A stretch of DNA of 64,000 nt from Candidatus Aenigmatarchaeota archaeon (GCA_038999725.1 JAWBWS010000002.1:32001-96000), one strand, 5' to 3'. Shown: positions 38,002 through 48,420, counted from the first letter of the stretch. Notes: generated from the sequence alone by a model not told the origin. Translations and numbers: made by a program.

Positions 38002-39095
38002 TAAAGAACCTTCCTCAATTCTTCTCTTATCCTCAAATTCCAGGACAAATGAGTGGAAACACAATTTGAACAACTATCCAAAATTTTTCCACTCATTACA
38101 ACTTTTCTAAAAGCTTCAAATTCTTCACCATACCAAACATCCTCAAAGTTTCTTTTCCTCACACTTACCTCTTTCTTGCAAAAATCTGAAAGAAATATTG
38201 TAGAGCATGGACCAACTCTTCCATCGGCTTCTATCTTTGGCCAAATCCAAGGCTCGAAACATGGAATTTTAAGGAAAGGGTCTTTTTCATCCTTTGAAAA
38301 TTCAAGGATTTTCTCTTTCAAGTCCCCAGTCTTTTCAATCTCTTTTATTTCGAAGAGAACGTCTAGATTTGTTGAAACACCCAAAACAGTTGCAAGCTCT
38401 TTCCATTCTGAAATTTTTTTAAGTATAAAATCTCTCTCCTTTTGAGAAACCTTCAGCTTTTCCACGTTTGGATTACTTACAAAAACTGGCTCAAAAGTTA
38501 TGTTCTTTACCCCATAAGAACCAGCGAGTTTAATTATTTCTCCCAACTGAAAAAAATTGATTTTTGAAACAACTGTGCTAAACTCTAAAAATGGTTTTTC
38601 TTTCTTAAGAAGTTTCTTATAATAATTGAAAAGTTTAATATTCTTAACAATTTTTTTAAATGTACCTTTCACGCCTCTGGATTTATCATTCACTTCTGGA
38701 GTAGCACCATCAACACTAAAAATCACATTGTCCCATTCCATTTCTGTCACCATTTTTATATCTTTTTCCCTCCAAAGAGTTCCATTGGTAACAATCCTAC
38801 CCATGACTTTATTTTCTTTAATTATTTCCATCATCTTTAAAGTGGTCTCTGGAACCATCATGGGCTCACCACCGCCACTTATTTGTATTATATCCACACC
38901 CATTTCACAAAGTTCTTTTGTTAGTTCAAGCCACCTTTTTTTAGGTAAATCTTTTGAATAGTCATAGGGCTTGAGTCTTTGGAAGCAAAAGGGGCATTCC
39001 AAGTTGCATCTGTTAGTAGGATAAACTAGAACTTTATTTGGAGGTGCCTTTTTTCCCCTTCCCCATCTTGCCAATTTAGAAATCAATTCTTCCAT
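38001..39095 (-). CDS. Radical SAM/SPASM protein (paralog 14)
   Basis: CNLECPFC, SGGGEPM, CFEPW...GPC...CSNC. Confidence 0.93.
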   Translation of the reverse strand: MEELISKLARWGRGKKAPPNKVLVYPTNRCNLECPFCFQRLKPYDYSKDLPKKRWLELTKELCEMGVDIIQISGGGEPMMVPETTLKMMEIIKENKVMGRIVTNGTLWREKDIKMVTEMEWDNVIFSVDGATPEVNDKSRGVKGTFKKIVKNIKLFNYYKKLLKKEKPFLEFSTVVSKINFFQLGEIIKLAGSYGVKNITFEPVFVSNPNVEKLKVSQKERDFILKKISEWKELATVLGVSTNLDVLFEIKEIEKTGDLKEKILEFSKDEKDPFLKIPCFEPWIWPKIEADGRVGPCSTIFLSDFCKKEVSVRKRNFEDVWYGEEFEAFRKVVMSGKILDSCSNCVSTHLSWNLRIREELRKVL

Positions 39096-39153
39096 CTTTA
39101 TTATAAAAATTTTTTAAAAAATATAAGTTTATAAGAAAAATTGTAGTTAAACC
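39096..39153. promoter_or_regulatory. Divergent AT-rich promoter region with TATA-like TTTATAAG about 26 nt upstream of ATG 39154
   Basis: Spacing matches archaeal leaderless promoters; inferred. Confidence 0.45.
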
Positions 39154-40194
39154 ATGATTTACAGAAAATTAGGAAAAACAGGCCTTAAAGTTTCTGTATT
39201 AGGAATTGGTGGGGGAGCATTTTTTGGAAGTGATAAAAAGAAGGATCAAGTTGGAAAAATAATAGAGTACGGTTTTAGAAATGGCATAACTCTTATCGAA
39301 ACGGCAGAAGATTATGGAGAGGAAAAAATCGCTTCATTTATAGAAAAAATAAGGGAAAAAATTATTTTGGCTTCAAAATCCTTTTCCTCCAACAAAAAAG
39401 ATATGGAAAAATCAATAAAAAATAGTCTTAGAAAATTGGCAACAAATTATATAGACATTTACATGATGCACACGGTAGATTCAATTGAAAGTCTAAATTT
39501 TAGAATTAATAATGGTGTTCTTTCAGCCCTAAAAATAGCAAAATCAAAAGGCATGATAAAATATATAGGAATCACTAGTCATAATATCCCAACTTTAATT
39601 GAGGCTGTTAAGACTAACGAGTTTGATGTAATTGAAGTCCCTTATTGTATAGGTGCAAGTGAAACGGAAGAATTGTTCGATTACACAAAAAAGTATGGAA
39701 TAGGTGTGATTGCTATGAGACCTTTGGGTGGCGGTATTCTAGTAGATAGAAGTAAGAAAATACATTTCATGAACGTGAAAAATGCACTAGGATATGTGCT
39801 TTCGAATAAAAATGTAGCATCTGCTTTGGTTGGTGTAAGTTCTGAAGCACACTTAGAAGAGAATTTAAAGGCCATTAATTCTGTAAATCTTTCTAACTTT
39901 CCAAGAAAAGTGGTGGAGAAAAAAACAAAAGAATTTTTAGGTTCAAATTTTTGTAGGGGATGTCTTGCTTGTATGCCTTGTAAAGTTCATGGTTGGTCTT
40001 TACCTATCGATCAACTGATGCGAATGGAAATTTTCTATTTCAAATATAAAATCCTTAGTGTAGAAACAGATTATAAAAATCTCAATTTAAAAGCAAGTGA
40101 TTGTACCAAATGTAAAGAATGTGAAAAAAAATGTCCTTACAACGTGCCAATAATAAAAAAAATGGAAAAATTGGAAAGGGTTTTTGGTGAATAA
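39154..40194 (+). CDS. Aldo/keto reductase with C-terminal 4Fe-4S dicluster domain
   Basis: YRKLGKTGLKVSVLGIG, SLRKLATNYIDIYMMH, CRGCLACMPC...CTKCKECEKKCP. Confidence 0.92.
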   Translation: MIYRKLGKTGLKVSVLGIGGGAFFGSDKKKDQVGKIIEYGFRNGITLIETAEDYGEEKIASFIEKIREKIILASKSFSSNKKDMEKSIKNSLRKLATNYIDIYMMHTVDSIESLNFRINNGVLSALKIAKSKGMIKYIGITSHNIPTLIEAVKTNEFDVIEVPYCIGASETEELFDYTKKYGIGVIAMRPLGGGILVDRSKKIHFMNVKNALGYVLSNKNVASALVGVSSEAHLEENLKAINSVNLSNFPRKVVEKKTKEFLGSNFCRGCLACMPCKVHGWSLPIDQLMRMEIFYFKYKILSVETDYKNLNLKASDCTKCKECEKKCPYNVPIIKKMEKLERVFGE

Positions 40195-41289
40195 ATGCAC
40201 GAAGAAAAAATTAAAAGAATATTAAGATGGTTTAATGGGGAAATTTCACCCCCCTTCAAAATGGTTTTGATACCAACAAATAGATGTAACCTTAAATGTC
40301 CTTACTGTCCAAACGCCATTCCAAGATTGGAAGGAAAATTTAAGAAGGAGTATGAGCTCTCTACCGATGAATGGGTTAGAATTGTTAAAGAAGGGCTTGA
40401 ATTGGGTATAAAGGAATGGAGTATTATCGGGGGTGGAGAACCATTCTTAAGAAAAGAGGTTGTACTAAAAGTTGTTAAATTGGTAAAAAATCACGCAGCT
40501 ACTGAATGTGAGATAATCACTAATGGATCATTAATTGATGAAGAAGTTGCTAGAAATTTGGTAGTCTCTAGACTTGATAGAATACTATTCAGTATAGATG
40601 GTCCAAATGCTAAAATACATGATTCACTGAGAGGAGTAAAAGGAACTTTTAAAAGAGTCGAATCTTCCCTAAAACTTTTAAATAAATGGAAGGAAAGACT
40701 TAAAGAAGACAAGCCTTATGTTAAAGTAAATATGGTAATCAACAAACTAAATTTCAAAAAATTGTCCAATATGGTAAAATTTGTCCATAAATTCAAAGCT
40801 AAAGAACTAGCTTTACACCCTATGAGAGAGTATTTTGACTCAGTTGACCTAAATGAATTTTCTCTAACTGAAGAAGATAAGCTCGAGCTTCAGTATCATG
40901 TAGAAAAAGCTAGAAAAATCGCTGAGAAATTGAATGTATTTTTAAATATAGAAATGTTATTGTTGAAAACCATGGTGCCAAAAGAGAAAAAGTTGAAAGG
41001 TAAAATTTTGAAGAAAATTGAAAAATGCAGCTGTTTTGAGCCACTTTACACAATGCTAGTCGATTCAAATGGTTTTGTTAACTGTTGCTCTCCTAGTGGA
41101 AGTGGTATAAAAAGTTTAAATGTGAGAAGAATGTCACTAAAAGAAATTTGGCTAAGTAGAGAACTTTTTTCTTTAAGAAAAAAAGTTCTAAATGGTGGAT
41201 CTTTTACATATTGTGATAAATGTGGCTTAACTGATATTAAGTTTCACATTAGAGAAGAGCTACTAAAGAGTGTTGAACATGAAGTTTAG
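40195..41289 (+). CDS. Radical SAM/SPASM protein (paralog 15)
   Basis: CNLKCPYC, IGGGEPF, CFEPL...NCC...CDKC. Confidence 0.93.
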   Translation: MHEEKIKRILRWFNGEISPPFKMVLIPTNRCNLKCPYCPNAIPRLEGKFKKEYELSTDEWVRIVKEGLELGIKEWSIIGGGEPFLRKEVVLKVVKLVKNHAATECEIITNGSLIDEEVARNLVVSRLDRILFSIDGPNAKIHDSLRGVKGTFKRVESSLKLLNKWKERLKEDKPYVKVNMVINKLNFKKLSNMVKFVHKFKAKELALHPMREYFDSVDLNEFSLTEEDKLELQYHVEKARKIAEKLNVFLNIEMLLLKTMVPKEKKLKGKILKKIEKCSCFEPLYTMLVDSNGFVNCCSPSGSGIKSLNVRRMSLKEIWLSRELFSLRKKVLNGGSFTYCDKCGLTDIKFHIREELLKSVEHEV

Positions 41290-42676
41290 AGATATACTTC
41301 CGGTAACAAATGTTTTAGAATTTAAGAAAAAACTCTGGTTCACGGAATATGGTTTTAGAATTGGAAAATGGTTTAAAGGTGAAAAGAAAGGACCTATAAG
41401 AATAGATGCTGAAATAACACGACAGTGTAATTCTAATTGTATTTTTTGCTCTAGAAGGGCTTCTAAAATTGACTTGAATGAAGAATCGAAAAGAATAGAA
41501 ATGCCGGTAAAAAGATGGGTCGAACTGGCAAAAGAATCTGGCGAACTTGGTGTAAAAAACTGGAATATTTCTGGTATAGGAGAACCTATGATGAGAGCAG
41601 ACATAGCAATTCCCACAATGAGAATGCTTAAAGCTTATGACATTTTTGGAGAATTGACAACAAACGGCACTCTTTGGAAGGACAAACAAATAAAAGAAGT
41701 TGTTGAAATGCAATGGGATAGTATATGTATAAGTATAGATGGGCCTAATGCGAGAATTCATAACTCTTTGAGGAGGGTTGATGGCTTTTTTGAAAAAGCT
41801 AAATGGACTGCCAAGCGATTTAGTTTTTGGAAGAAAAAACTCAAGACAGAATTTCCAAGCATTACTATTAATGTAGTATTGAATAAAATGAATTATGATA
41901 AATTGCCTGAAATGGTTGAACTGGCTAATGAAGTACATGCTGATGCTATCTTCGCAGAGCCTATGGTTTTATTTTCAGATATAGCAAAACATTTACAACT
42001 TGATGAAAAGGATGTAAAAAAACTGCCGAAATATGTAGCGAAAGCAAGAGAAATTGGGGAGAAGTACGGAATACTCCCAACAATAAGTTGTGTTGGTGTT
42101 GAATTAGAATTTGATAAAAAACTTATAGAAAAGGTTAGTAAAGCAAGGGAACTACTGATTAATGAAGCAAAAAAATACAGTGGCGACGAATTACTCTCTT
42201 TACCATGTTATATGCCATGGTACTTCCTTATGATAAGAGTTGATGGTTCGGTGTCGCCATGTGGAGAATTAGAAATTTCCGATAGTGTGAGAAACAAAAG
42301 TCTAAGAGAAGTTTGGTTTGGTGAAATTTTTGAAAAAATTAGAAAGGAGTTTGTTGAATGCCAACTACCTAAAACTTGTGACAAATGTAGACCTAATACT
42401 CTAAATGACATTAAGCAAATGAGAAGGGCAATAATTAAGGGTAGAGATGTTTCTCTACTACAGAAAGAAATATTAGACCTCCTGGAAGAAAATAGACATT
42501 TAAGGAAAGAAATATATGCGCTCAAAAACAAGAGAAGCTACAAAACAAGAAAATGGATGGAAGAAGAGAAAGAGTTGATTAAAATAAAAAGTTCCTTAAC
42601 TTTTAAGATAATGACAAAAATTGGAAATTCAAGAATTGGGAAAATAATTAAAAGACATTTTGGCGCTTATGTATGA
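41279..42676 (+). CDS. Radical SAM/SPASM protein fused to C-terminal coiled coil and amphipathic helix (paralog 16)
   Basis: CNSNCIFC, SGIGEPM, CYMPW...SPC...CDKC, then LQKEILDLLEENRHLRKEI...IKSSLTFKIMTKIGNSRIG. Confidence 0.92.
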   Translation: MKFRDILPVTNVLEFKKKLWFTEYGFRIGKWFKGEKKGPIRIDAEITRQCNSNCIFCSRRASKIDLNEESKRIEMPVKRWVELAKESGELGVKNWNISGIGEPMMRADIAIPTMRMLKAYDIFGELTTNGTLWKDKQIKEVVEMQWDSICISIDGPNARIHNSLRRVDGFFEKAKWTAKRFSFWKKKLKTEFPSITINVVLNKMNYDKLPEMVELANEVHADAIFAEPMVLFSDIAKHLQLDEKDVKKLPKYVAKAREIGEKYGILPTISCVGVELEFDKKLIEKVSKARELLINEAKKYSGDELLSLPCYMPWYFLMIRVDGSVSPCGELEISDSVRNKSLREVWFGEIFEKIRKEFVECQLPKTCDKCRPNTLNDIKQMRRAIIKGRDVSLLQKEILDLLEENRHLRKEIYALKNKRSYKTRKWMEEEKELIKIKSSLTFKIMTKIGNSRIGKIIKRHFGAYV

Positions 42677-43766
42677 GTTTTTTGATAATATTCTCTTTCA
42701 ATCGCTTACGCAATTCCATCTGAAGGGGTATGTGAGTAAGAACACAGTTCTGGCATTCCTCGGGTAGTTCTCTTTTCAGAATTCTTTTTCTAAAATTCTC
42801 GAATTCTGTACCATACCATATTTCTTTAAAGCTTTTATCTTTTATGTTTGTAGTCTTAAAGTGGACTGTAGAACAGGGCCACAATTCACCGTTGGCTTCA
42901 ATCTTAGGCCAAAGCCAAGGTTCGTAGCAAGGAGAAGAAAGAAACGGATGTTCTTTATTTTCACAATGCTTTAATATTTCGGCTTTCAATTTTCCAGCTT
43001 TTTCGATAAACTTCACTTTTTTGAGTTGTTGAAAATTAGTGTTTATATTAAATTTATTTGCCAACTTTTCTGCTCTGGGAAGAATTTCCTTAAAAAATAA
43101 TCTTCTTTCATCCTTACTCAGTTTAATCGATTCTGCTTCTTTATTGTTAATACAAAGAGGCTCGAGATTAACCCCTTTAACTCCTAATTCATAGGCAAGA
43201 CTTATAATTTCCGGTACCTCTTTATAATTCAGTTTATTTAGAACAAAAGTGAATTCAGTTAGTGGAAAGTTTGAGCCGAACTTTTTTTTGTATGAATTTA
43301 ATAACTTCAAGTTCTTTAATAGCTTGGTAAATGCTTTGTTGCATCCTGTTAAAAAATTGTGTGTTTCTGGAGTAGAACCATGCAAGCTAATCATAACTTT
43401 GTCCCACTTTATCTTTATAAGCATTTTTAAGTGAGAACTTTTCCAGCATGTGTTATTCGTGATAATGCATCCTTCTCCACCATACGACTTAATAATTTTC
43501 ATTATTCCCAATGTTTTAGATGGGGATAACAGTGGTTCCCCCCCACCAGAAATTAGAAATTTTTTTACTCCCATCTCACATATTTCCCTTGTTACTTCTA
43601 AAAGTCTTTTTGTGGAGATCTCTTCTTTCGGGTTGTATAAATGGGCTCTTTGTACACAAAAAATACAGCTTAAGTTACAACTATTTGTAGGGTAAATCTG
43701 AACGGCCTCCGGTGGGCTTTTTATTCCTTCATACCAATTACACAACCTCTCTATTACTGACTCCAT
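42648..43766 (-). CDS. Radical SAM/SPASM protein (paralog 17)
   Basis: CNLSCIFC, SGGGEPL, CYEPW...WPC...CQNC; start MESVIE preferred. Confidence 0.93.
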   Translation of the reverse strand: MESVIERLCNWYEGIKSPPEAVQIYPTNSCNLSCIFCVQRAHLYNPKEEISTKRLLEVTREICEMGVKKFLISGGGEPLLSPSKTLGIMKIIKSYGGEGCIITNNTCWKSSHLKMLIKIKWDKVMISLHGSTPETHNFLTGCNKAFTKLLKNLKLLNSYKKKFGSNFPLTEFTFVLNKLNYKEVPEIISLAYELGVKGVNLEPLCINNKEAESIKLSKDERRLFFKEILPRAEKLANKFNINTNFQQLKKVKFIEKAGKLKAEILKHCENKEHPFLSSPCYEPWLWPKIEANGELWPCSTVHFKTTNIKDKSFKEIWYGTEFENFRKRILKRELPEECQNCVLTHIPLQMELRKRLKENIIKKLIHKRQNVF

Positions 43767-43767
43767 A

Positions 43768-44781
43768 CTACTTCCTGTATTTTTTATCAATTGATTTCAA
43801 GTCAATAGAACATTCTATACACATTTCCGGTATTTTTTTCATATGTCTTTTCAGCATACTTTCTCTCAATTCATTAAATCTCTCTCCGAACCATATGTTC
43901 TTCAAAGTTTTATTTTTTATTGACTCTACAGGGAAAATTGTTTCTGGGACATTAAGAAAAATACAACAGGGTGCAACCCTGCCATCTGCAAAGATTACCA
44001 TCTCATTAAAAGGCAAAGTGCAGAATGGCGACTTATCTTCGTATTTTTCACGCCATTTATTTTCCTTATCATTGTCTTCTATTTCTAAAACCTCTGGAAG
44101 AAAATCTTGATCTAAAACTATGTTCTTTCTCTTAGCTAAATCTTCGAAATGTTTCATGTTTTTTTGTAGGTATCTGAATTGAAAGGAGTCGGGTTTGTAT
44201 ATTTCGCCATACTTATGGGCAATTCTTAAACTTATTTTGTTAACCTTAAACTTAGAGGCTATTTTTATCATTTTTTCTATTTCATTAATATTATGCTTAG
44301 TCAGAACCATTACAATACTAATCTCGGGTTTATCCTTTTTCATTTTGGCCTTCCATTTTGCTACCTTCTTGATGCCCTCAAAGCTCATCTTAAGAGAACC
44401 CCTCACACCTCTTAAAAACTCATCTAGTTTTACTGATGTGGAATGTAAGCTAACTTTATATAAACTCGAACACTCTGCTATTATTTTTGCTATTTTATCC
44501 GTAATTAGCACACCATTTGTTATTATTTCACTTTCAATTCCGTATGAATGGAATGATTTTACCATAAAAGATATCAATTTTGGTCTTAAAAGAGGTTCGC
44601 CACCTCCAGAAATTGTGATTATTTCTGGTTTTAATTCACATAATTCTTTTGTTACTTGAATGAATTTCTCATCTTCTAAATCTACGCATCCCCTATACCT
44701 TATTGGAATATCGCAAAAAATACATTTTAGATTACATTTATTAGTTAAATGAACTTGCGCTTTTTTTAATTGGACTTTCAT
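43768..44781 (-). CDS. Radical SAM/SPASM protein (paralog 18)
   Basis: CNLKCIFC, SGGGEPL, CTLPF...PCC...CIEC. Confidence 0.93.
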   Translation of the reverse strand: MKVQLKKAQVHLTNKCNLKCIFCDIPIRYRGCVDLEDEKFIQVTKELCELKPEIITISGGGEPLLRPKLISFMVKSFHSYGIESEIITNGVLITDKIAKIIAECSSLYKVSLHSTSVKLDEFLRGVRGSLKMSFEGIKKVAKWKAKMKKDKPEISIVMVLTKHNINEIEKMIKIASKFKVNKISLRIAHKYGEIYKPDSFQFRYLQKNMKHFEDLAKRKNIVLDQDFLPEVLEIEDNDKENKWREKYEDKSPFCTLPFNEMVIFADGRVAPCCIFLNVPETIFPVESIKNKTLKNIWFGERFNELRESMLKRHMKKIPEMCIECSIDLKSIDKKYRK

Positions 44782-46031
44782 TCAATCACCTCTTTAATTA
44801 CTTTTCCATCCATCCACTTTGGAATAGGTATATTTAAAAGATAAAGAATAGTTGGTGCTATATCTTCTACTTTTACTTTTCCTATATCATAATTTTTCTT
44901 TATCTTTGGTCCTTTAATAGCAAACACGCCTCTCTTCGGAGAAGGGGCGCCTGTTTGTTTGGTTACCCAAATTTTAAATTTCTCACGATTTGGAAGTATT
45001 ATGTTAAGCCAGCCACATTGATAACCAGTAAAACTTGGGTGAAAATTGAAGGAAAAAGAAAGGTAATCTCCGTTCCAATTTATATTTTTTATAAATCTGT
45101 CTCCGTTCAAGAGCTTTATTTTACCAAGAATTTTCTTAATCTTTTCTTTTTCCTTCTCACTCTTTCCGGGTAAATAGAAAACTGGCTTTACCTTTGGTAA
45201 AAACTGAGGATAAACATCTGTAGCATAAAATTGTAAATCTATCCCTAACTTTTTTGTCAACTCTATAGTTTCATTACCCAGTGTGTATATTGGATACTCT
45301 CTAATCTTATTACCAGAGTCTGTAGCAATAATAGTTATAGCTTCAGGAAATTTCTTTTCAATTTCACCCAGGAAAAAATCGAGATGTTGAAATAAACTGA
45401 AAAACTTTCTTTTTATTGATTGAGAGTTTTTACTTTTCGAAAATATATATTTCCAAAAAGTATGAGTAGGTCCGTGTGTTCTCTCCTCCATACATATGAA
45501 TAAATCTACATCATATTTCTTTATTAACATTAAAGCCGCATGTGGGTTAAAAAAATCTGACTCTGAAGGATAGTCGGTCCAAAAGATTTTTCTCAATTCT
45601 TTTGGATATGTTTTATACTCATCATCTTGAGAGCATCTACCTGTAACCATAAACCCATTTATCTTTTTAGCAGGCCAAGTCAATAACCAATGGTAAATAC
45701 CAACTTTTTTGCCATACTCTGCTGCTATATCCCATATTGGTTTAACTTTTATGTCTAAACGTGTATAAATCCTTCCTGCATTTAAGTACTCCCCATCACT
45801 ATACTCTCCATACCCGATTCCATGTTTTTCTTTTTTTACTCCTGTTACAATTGTGGTAAATTCTACTGGAGAGCTACATTTATCTTCTTGAGGTACTATT
45901 TCTCCATAACTTCCATCTTTAAGAAATCTTGAAAAATTTTTCATTTCACCTTCTTTTATCATAATTTTAACTAACTTCCAATCAAAATGTGGGATGCCAA
46001 TTAAAAACACTCTTTTTCTAACTCTAACCAT
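44778..46031 (-). CDS. Alkaline phosphatase/type I phosphodiesterase superfamily protein
   Basis: SSPVEFTTIVTG...HGI, TWPAKKINGFMVTG, HTFW, DIAPTILYLLNIPIPKWMDGK. Confidence 0.8.
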   Translation of the reverse strand: MVRVRKRVFLIGIPHFDWKLVKIMIKEGEMKNFSRFLKDGSYGEIVPQEDKCSSPVEFTTIVTGVKKEKHGIGYGEYSDGEYLNAGRIYTRLDIKVKPIWDIAAEYGKKVGIYHWLLTWPAKKINGFMVTGRCSQDDEYKTYPKELRKIFWTDYPSESDFFNPHAALMLIKKYDVDLFICMEERTHGPTHTFWKYIFSKSKNSQSIKRKFFSLFQHLDFFLGEIEKKFPEAITIIATDSGNKIREYPIYTLGNETIELTKKLGIDLQFYATDVYPQFLPKVKPVFYLPGKSEKEKEKIKKILGKIKLLNGDRFIKNINWNGDYLSFSFNFHPSFTGYQCGWLNIILPNREKFKIWVTKQTGAPSPKRGVFAIKGPKIKKNYDIGKVKVEDIAPTILYLLNIPIPKWMDGKVIKEVIE

Positions 46032-46211
46032 TTTAAATCAACTTTGAATTATTCACTAAAATTTATATTTGTATTTAAATTTTAAACTACCACCTAGTCG
46101 TCCTCTAAAGTTACTTCAAAACATGAATGAAGACGCTTCTTGGGTGGAAGAGCTTGAAAGGTTAATATAGAAGCAAAGAAAGTGTACATTATCTCTCTCC
46201 TAACATTACAC

Positions 46212-47321
46212 TTAAAATTCGTAATTCTTTAGAATTTCCCTAATAGTGATATTATCTTGAATTGAAATTGGACAGCAAGTTTTGCAAAATGAGGGTATTT
46301 TACTTTTTGCAAGGTACTCTCTAAGTTTCTTAAATTCAGGATTATTCCACACCTCTTTCAAACTTTTGTTTGAAATGTTTTCACCTTTTAGAGCTCTAGT
46401 ACAAGGCCTGGCATTTCCTTCGGAATCTATGTCCAATACCCACCATGGATAATAACATGGAATAGATAGAAGTCTTCGCTCTTTAATCATAACTTCCTTC
46501 ATTAGTTCAACTGTTGATTTCTTTTCAGGTTCAAAGTCAAAAAAATCAAAATTAGTATGTAGATTATACTTCCCTGCCAAAACTTTTGCCTCTTTCAATA
46601 TTTTTTTAAACTCTATTAAATCCTTTTTTTTAAGCCTTAGTGTTTCGCTTAATCTTTTTCTATATTCCACATTTGGAAGTTCTTCCAAAACTTCTGACAT
46701 GAAGGGTTGTAGTAATAAGGCATCAGCCTTTAATTTAAAAGCTAAAGTTGTGAATTCCTTTATGTATCTAGAGTTTAAACTAACTAACACGGGTGTTAAA
46801 ATAATTTTAGGTTTTTCTTTCCTTAACTTCTCTTTTAAATGTACCAAAAATTTTATTGCATTTACACTTCTCTTAAAAGCACCTTTCATTCCCCTTATTT
46901 TATCGTCTATTTGCGAATTAGGCCCATTCAAACTAAACCTAATTTCGTCCCATTCTATTTCCACGAGAGTTTTTAAATATTTCTTGGATAAAAGGGTACC
47001 ACTAGTTGATACTGTTCCTACTAGACCATTCTCTTTTATCTCTTTTAACAGAAGAATAGTATCTTTTCTCGTGAAGGGTTCCCCTCCACCACAAATATCA
47101 AACATTCTTACCCCCAACTCGGCTGACTCCCTTATAATTCTCAAGTACTTTTCAGTGGAAAGTTCTTTATTTTTTCTGTAAATTGGTTTGCCTCTGCTAA
47201 CACACGGCAAACAATTCAGATTACATTTATTGGTAGGACTTATTCTAACCTCATAAGGGTAAATCTTTTTCCCTTTAAACCCTTCGACAATTCTGGTTGC
47301 TATCTCTTTTTCTCTTTGCAA
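46212..47321 (-). CDS. Radical SAM/SPASM protein (paralog 19)
   Basis: CNLNCLPC, CGGGEPF, CYYPW...RPC...CKTCC. Confidence 0.93.
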   Translation of the reverse strand: MQREKEIATRIVEGFKGKKIYPYEVRISPTNKCNLNCLPCVSRGKPIYRKNKELSTEKYLRIIRESAELGVRMFDICGGGEPFTRKDTILLLKEIKENGLVGTVSTSGTLLSKKYLKTLVEIEWDEIRFSLNGPNSQIDDKIRGMKGAFKRSVNAIKFLVHLKEKLRKEKPKIILTPVLVSLNSRYIKEFTTLAFKLKADALLLQPFMSEVLEELPNVEYRKRLSETLRLKKKDLIEFKKILKEAKVLAGKYNLHTNFDFFDFEPEKKSTVELMKEVMIKERRLLSIPCYYPWWVLDIDSEGNARPCTRALKGENISNKSLKEVWNNPEFKKLREYLAKSKIPSFCKTCCPISIQDNITIREILKNYEF

Positions 47322-47325
47322 AATT

Positions 47326-48420
47326 TCACCTCAGTTTTAATTCATTTATTATTTCTGGTAATAATATGTTTTTCATACCACAAAATTGACACTTTTCTGT
47401 AACTTCACCATTCAGCATTTTTTCTCTTATTTTGTTAAACACATCACTAAACCAAATTTCATTCAAATTTTTCTTTCTCAAATCCAATTCAGCAATACCC
47501 TCGCCTGCACTTGTACAAGTGCCAACTTTTCCAAATGGATCAATGAACATCACATAAAAAGGATCTAGACAGGTCGGCTTTCTCAATGAAATGAAATTTT
47601 TTTCTTTAATGATTCCACCCATATCATTCACATGTATCTTTATGTTAAATTCTTTGGCTGCTTCTTGCAATTCTTTCAATTTCATATTAAATTGAAGTAC
47701 TTCACGTTCATTTAGTTTAAGCCTCTCTTTTTTTATTCTAGTGGCATTTTTTTCGTCTATCCTAAGTGTATTTAATGTTATTGTATCAATTCCAAACTTA
47801 GAAAAATACCTCATCATTGAATAAATCGTCTCATAATTTTTTGAGGTTATTACTGTATTTATTCTCAGTCTTGGTTTGTCTTTCTTCATCCTTTTTTTAA
47901 ACATTATAAAATTTTTCAAAGTATTAATACAACGACTAAACGTTCCTTTAACCCCTCTAAGTTTATCTTGAATGCTTGGTAGGTGACTATCTATACTTAT
48001 ACTTATACTATCTAAACCTACTTTGATTAAAAATTTTATATCTTTAGGTGTGAAAAGTGTACCATTGGTTGTAATAGAACAGAAAGAGTTTCCATTAGTC
48101 CTTTCTTTAAATTCTTTAACTATAGCCAAAGTCACTTCTTTTCTTGCTAATGGTTCCCCTCCACCATCTATCCACATTTCTTTAACTCCAAAATCAACAG
48201 CTCTTCTAATTATTTTCACCCAACTTTTTTCCTTTAATTCATTATCAAAATTAAACTTTCCAGAATTTCTTAATTGGGCATCTTGACAATAGGCACAGTT
48301 CAAATTACATTTATTCGTAGGAATTGCCATTATTTTAAACGGCAATGCCTTTTTGTTGCTCAGCCACTCGCGTATTCGACTTATCTTTTCTTGAAGCAAT
48401 GAATCATCTGATTGTTTCAT
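47326..48420 (-). CDS. Radical SAM/SPASM protein (paralog 20)
   Basis: CNLNCAYC, DGGGEPL, CLDPF...GTC...CQFC. Confidence 0.93.
   Translation of the reverse strand: MKQSDDSLLQEKISRIREWLSNKKALPFKIMAIPTNKCNLNCAYCQDAQLRNSGKFNFDNELKEKSWVKIIRRAVDFGVKEMWIDGGGEPLARKEVTLAIVKEFKERTNGNSFCSITTNGTLFTPKDIKFLIKVGLDSISISIDSHLPSIQDKLRGVKGTFSRCINTLKNFIMFKKRMKKDKPRLRINTVITSKNYETIYSMMRYFSKFGIDTITLNTLRIDEKNATRIKKERLKLNEREVLQFNMKLKELQEAAKEFNIKIHVNDMGGIIKEKNFISLRKPTCLDPFYVMFIDPFGKVGTCTSAGEGIAELDLRKKNLNEIWFSDVFNKIREKMLNGEVTEKCQFCGMKNILLPEIINELKLR

Noticed and set aside
44778..46031. Sulfatase matured by anSME-type rSAMs
   Set aside because: No C/SxPxR formylglycine motif in either AlkP-family protein, and the rSAM auxiliary domains lack the anSME 7-8 Cys pattern.
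46123..46170. 15-aa mini ORF MNEDASWVEELERLI as a precursor peptide
   Set aside because: Too short, no SD, opposite strand to its neighbours, no repeats or Cys; probably chance or a gene remnant.
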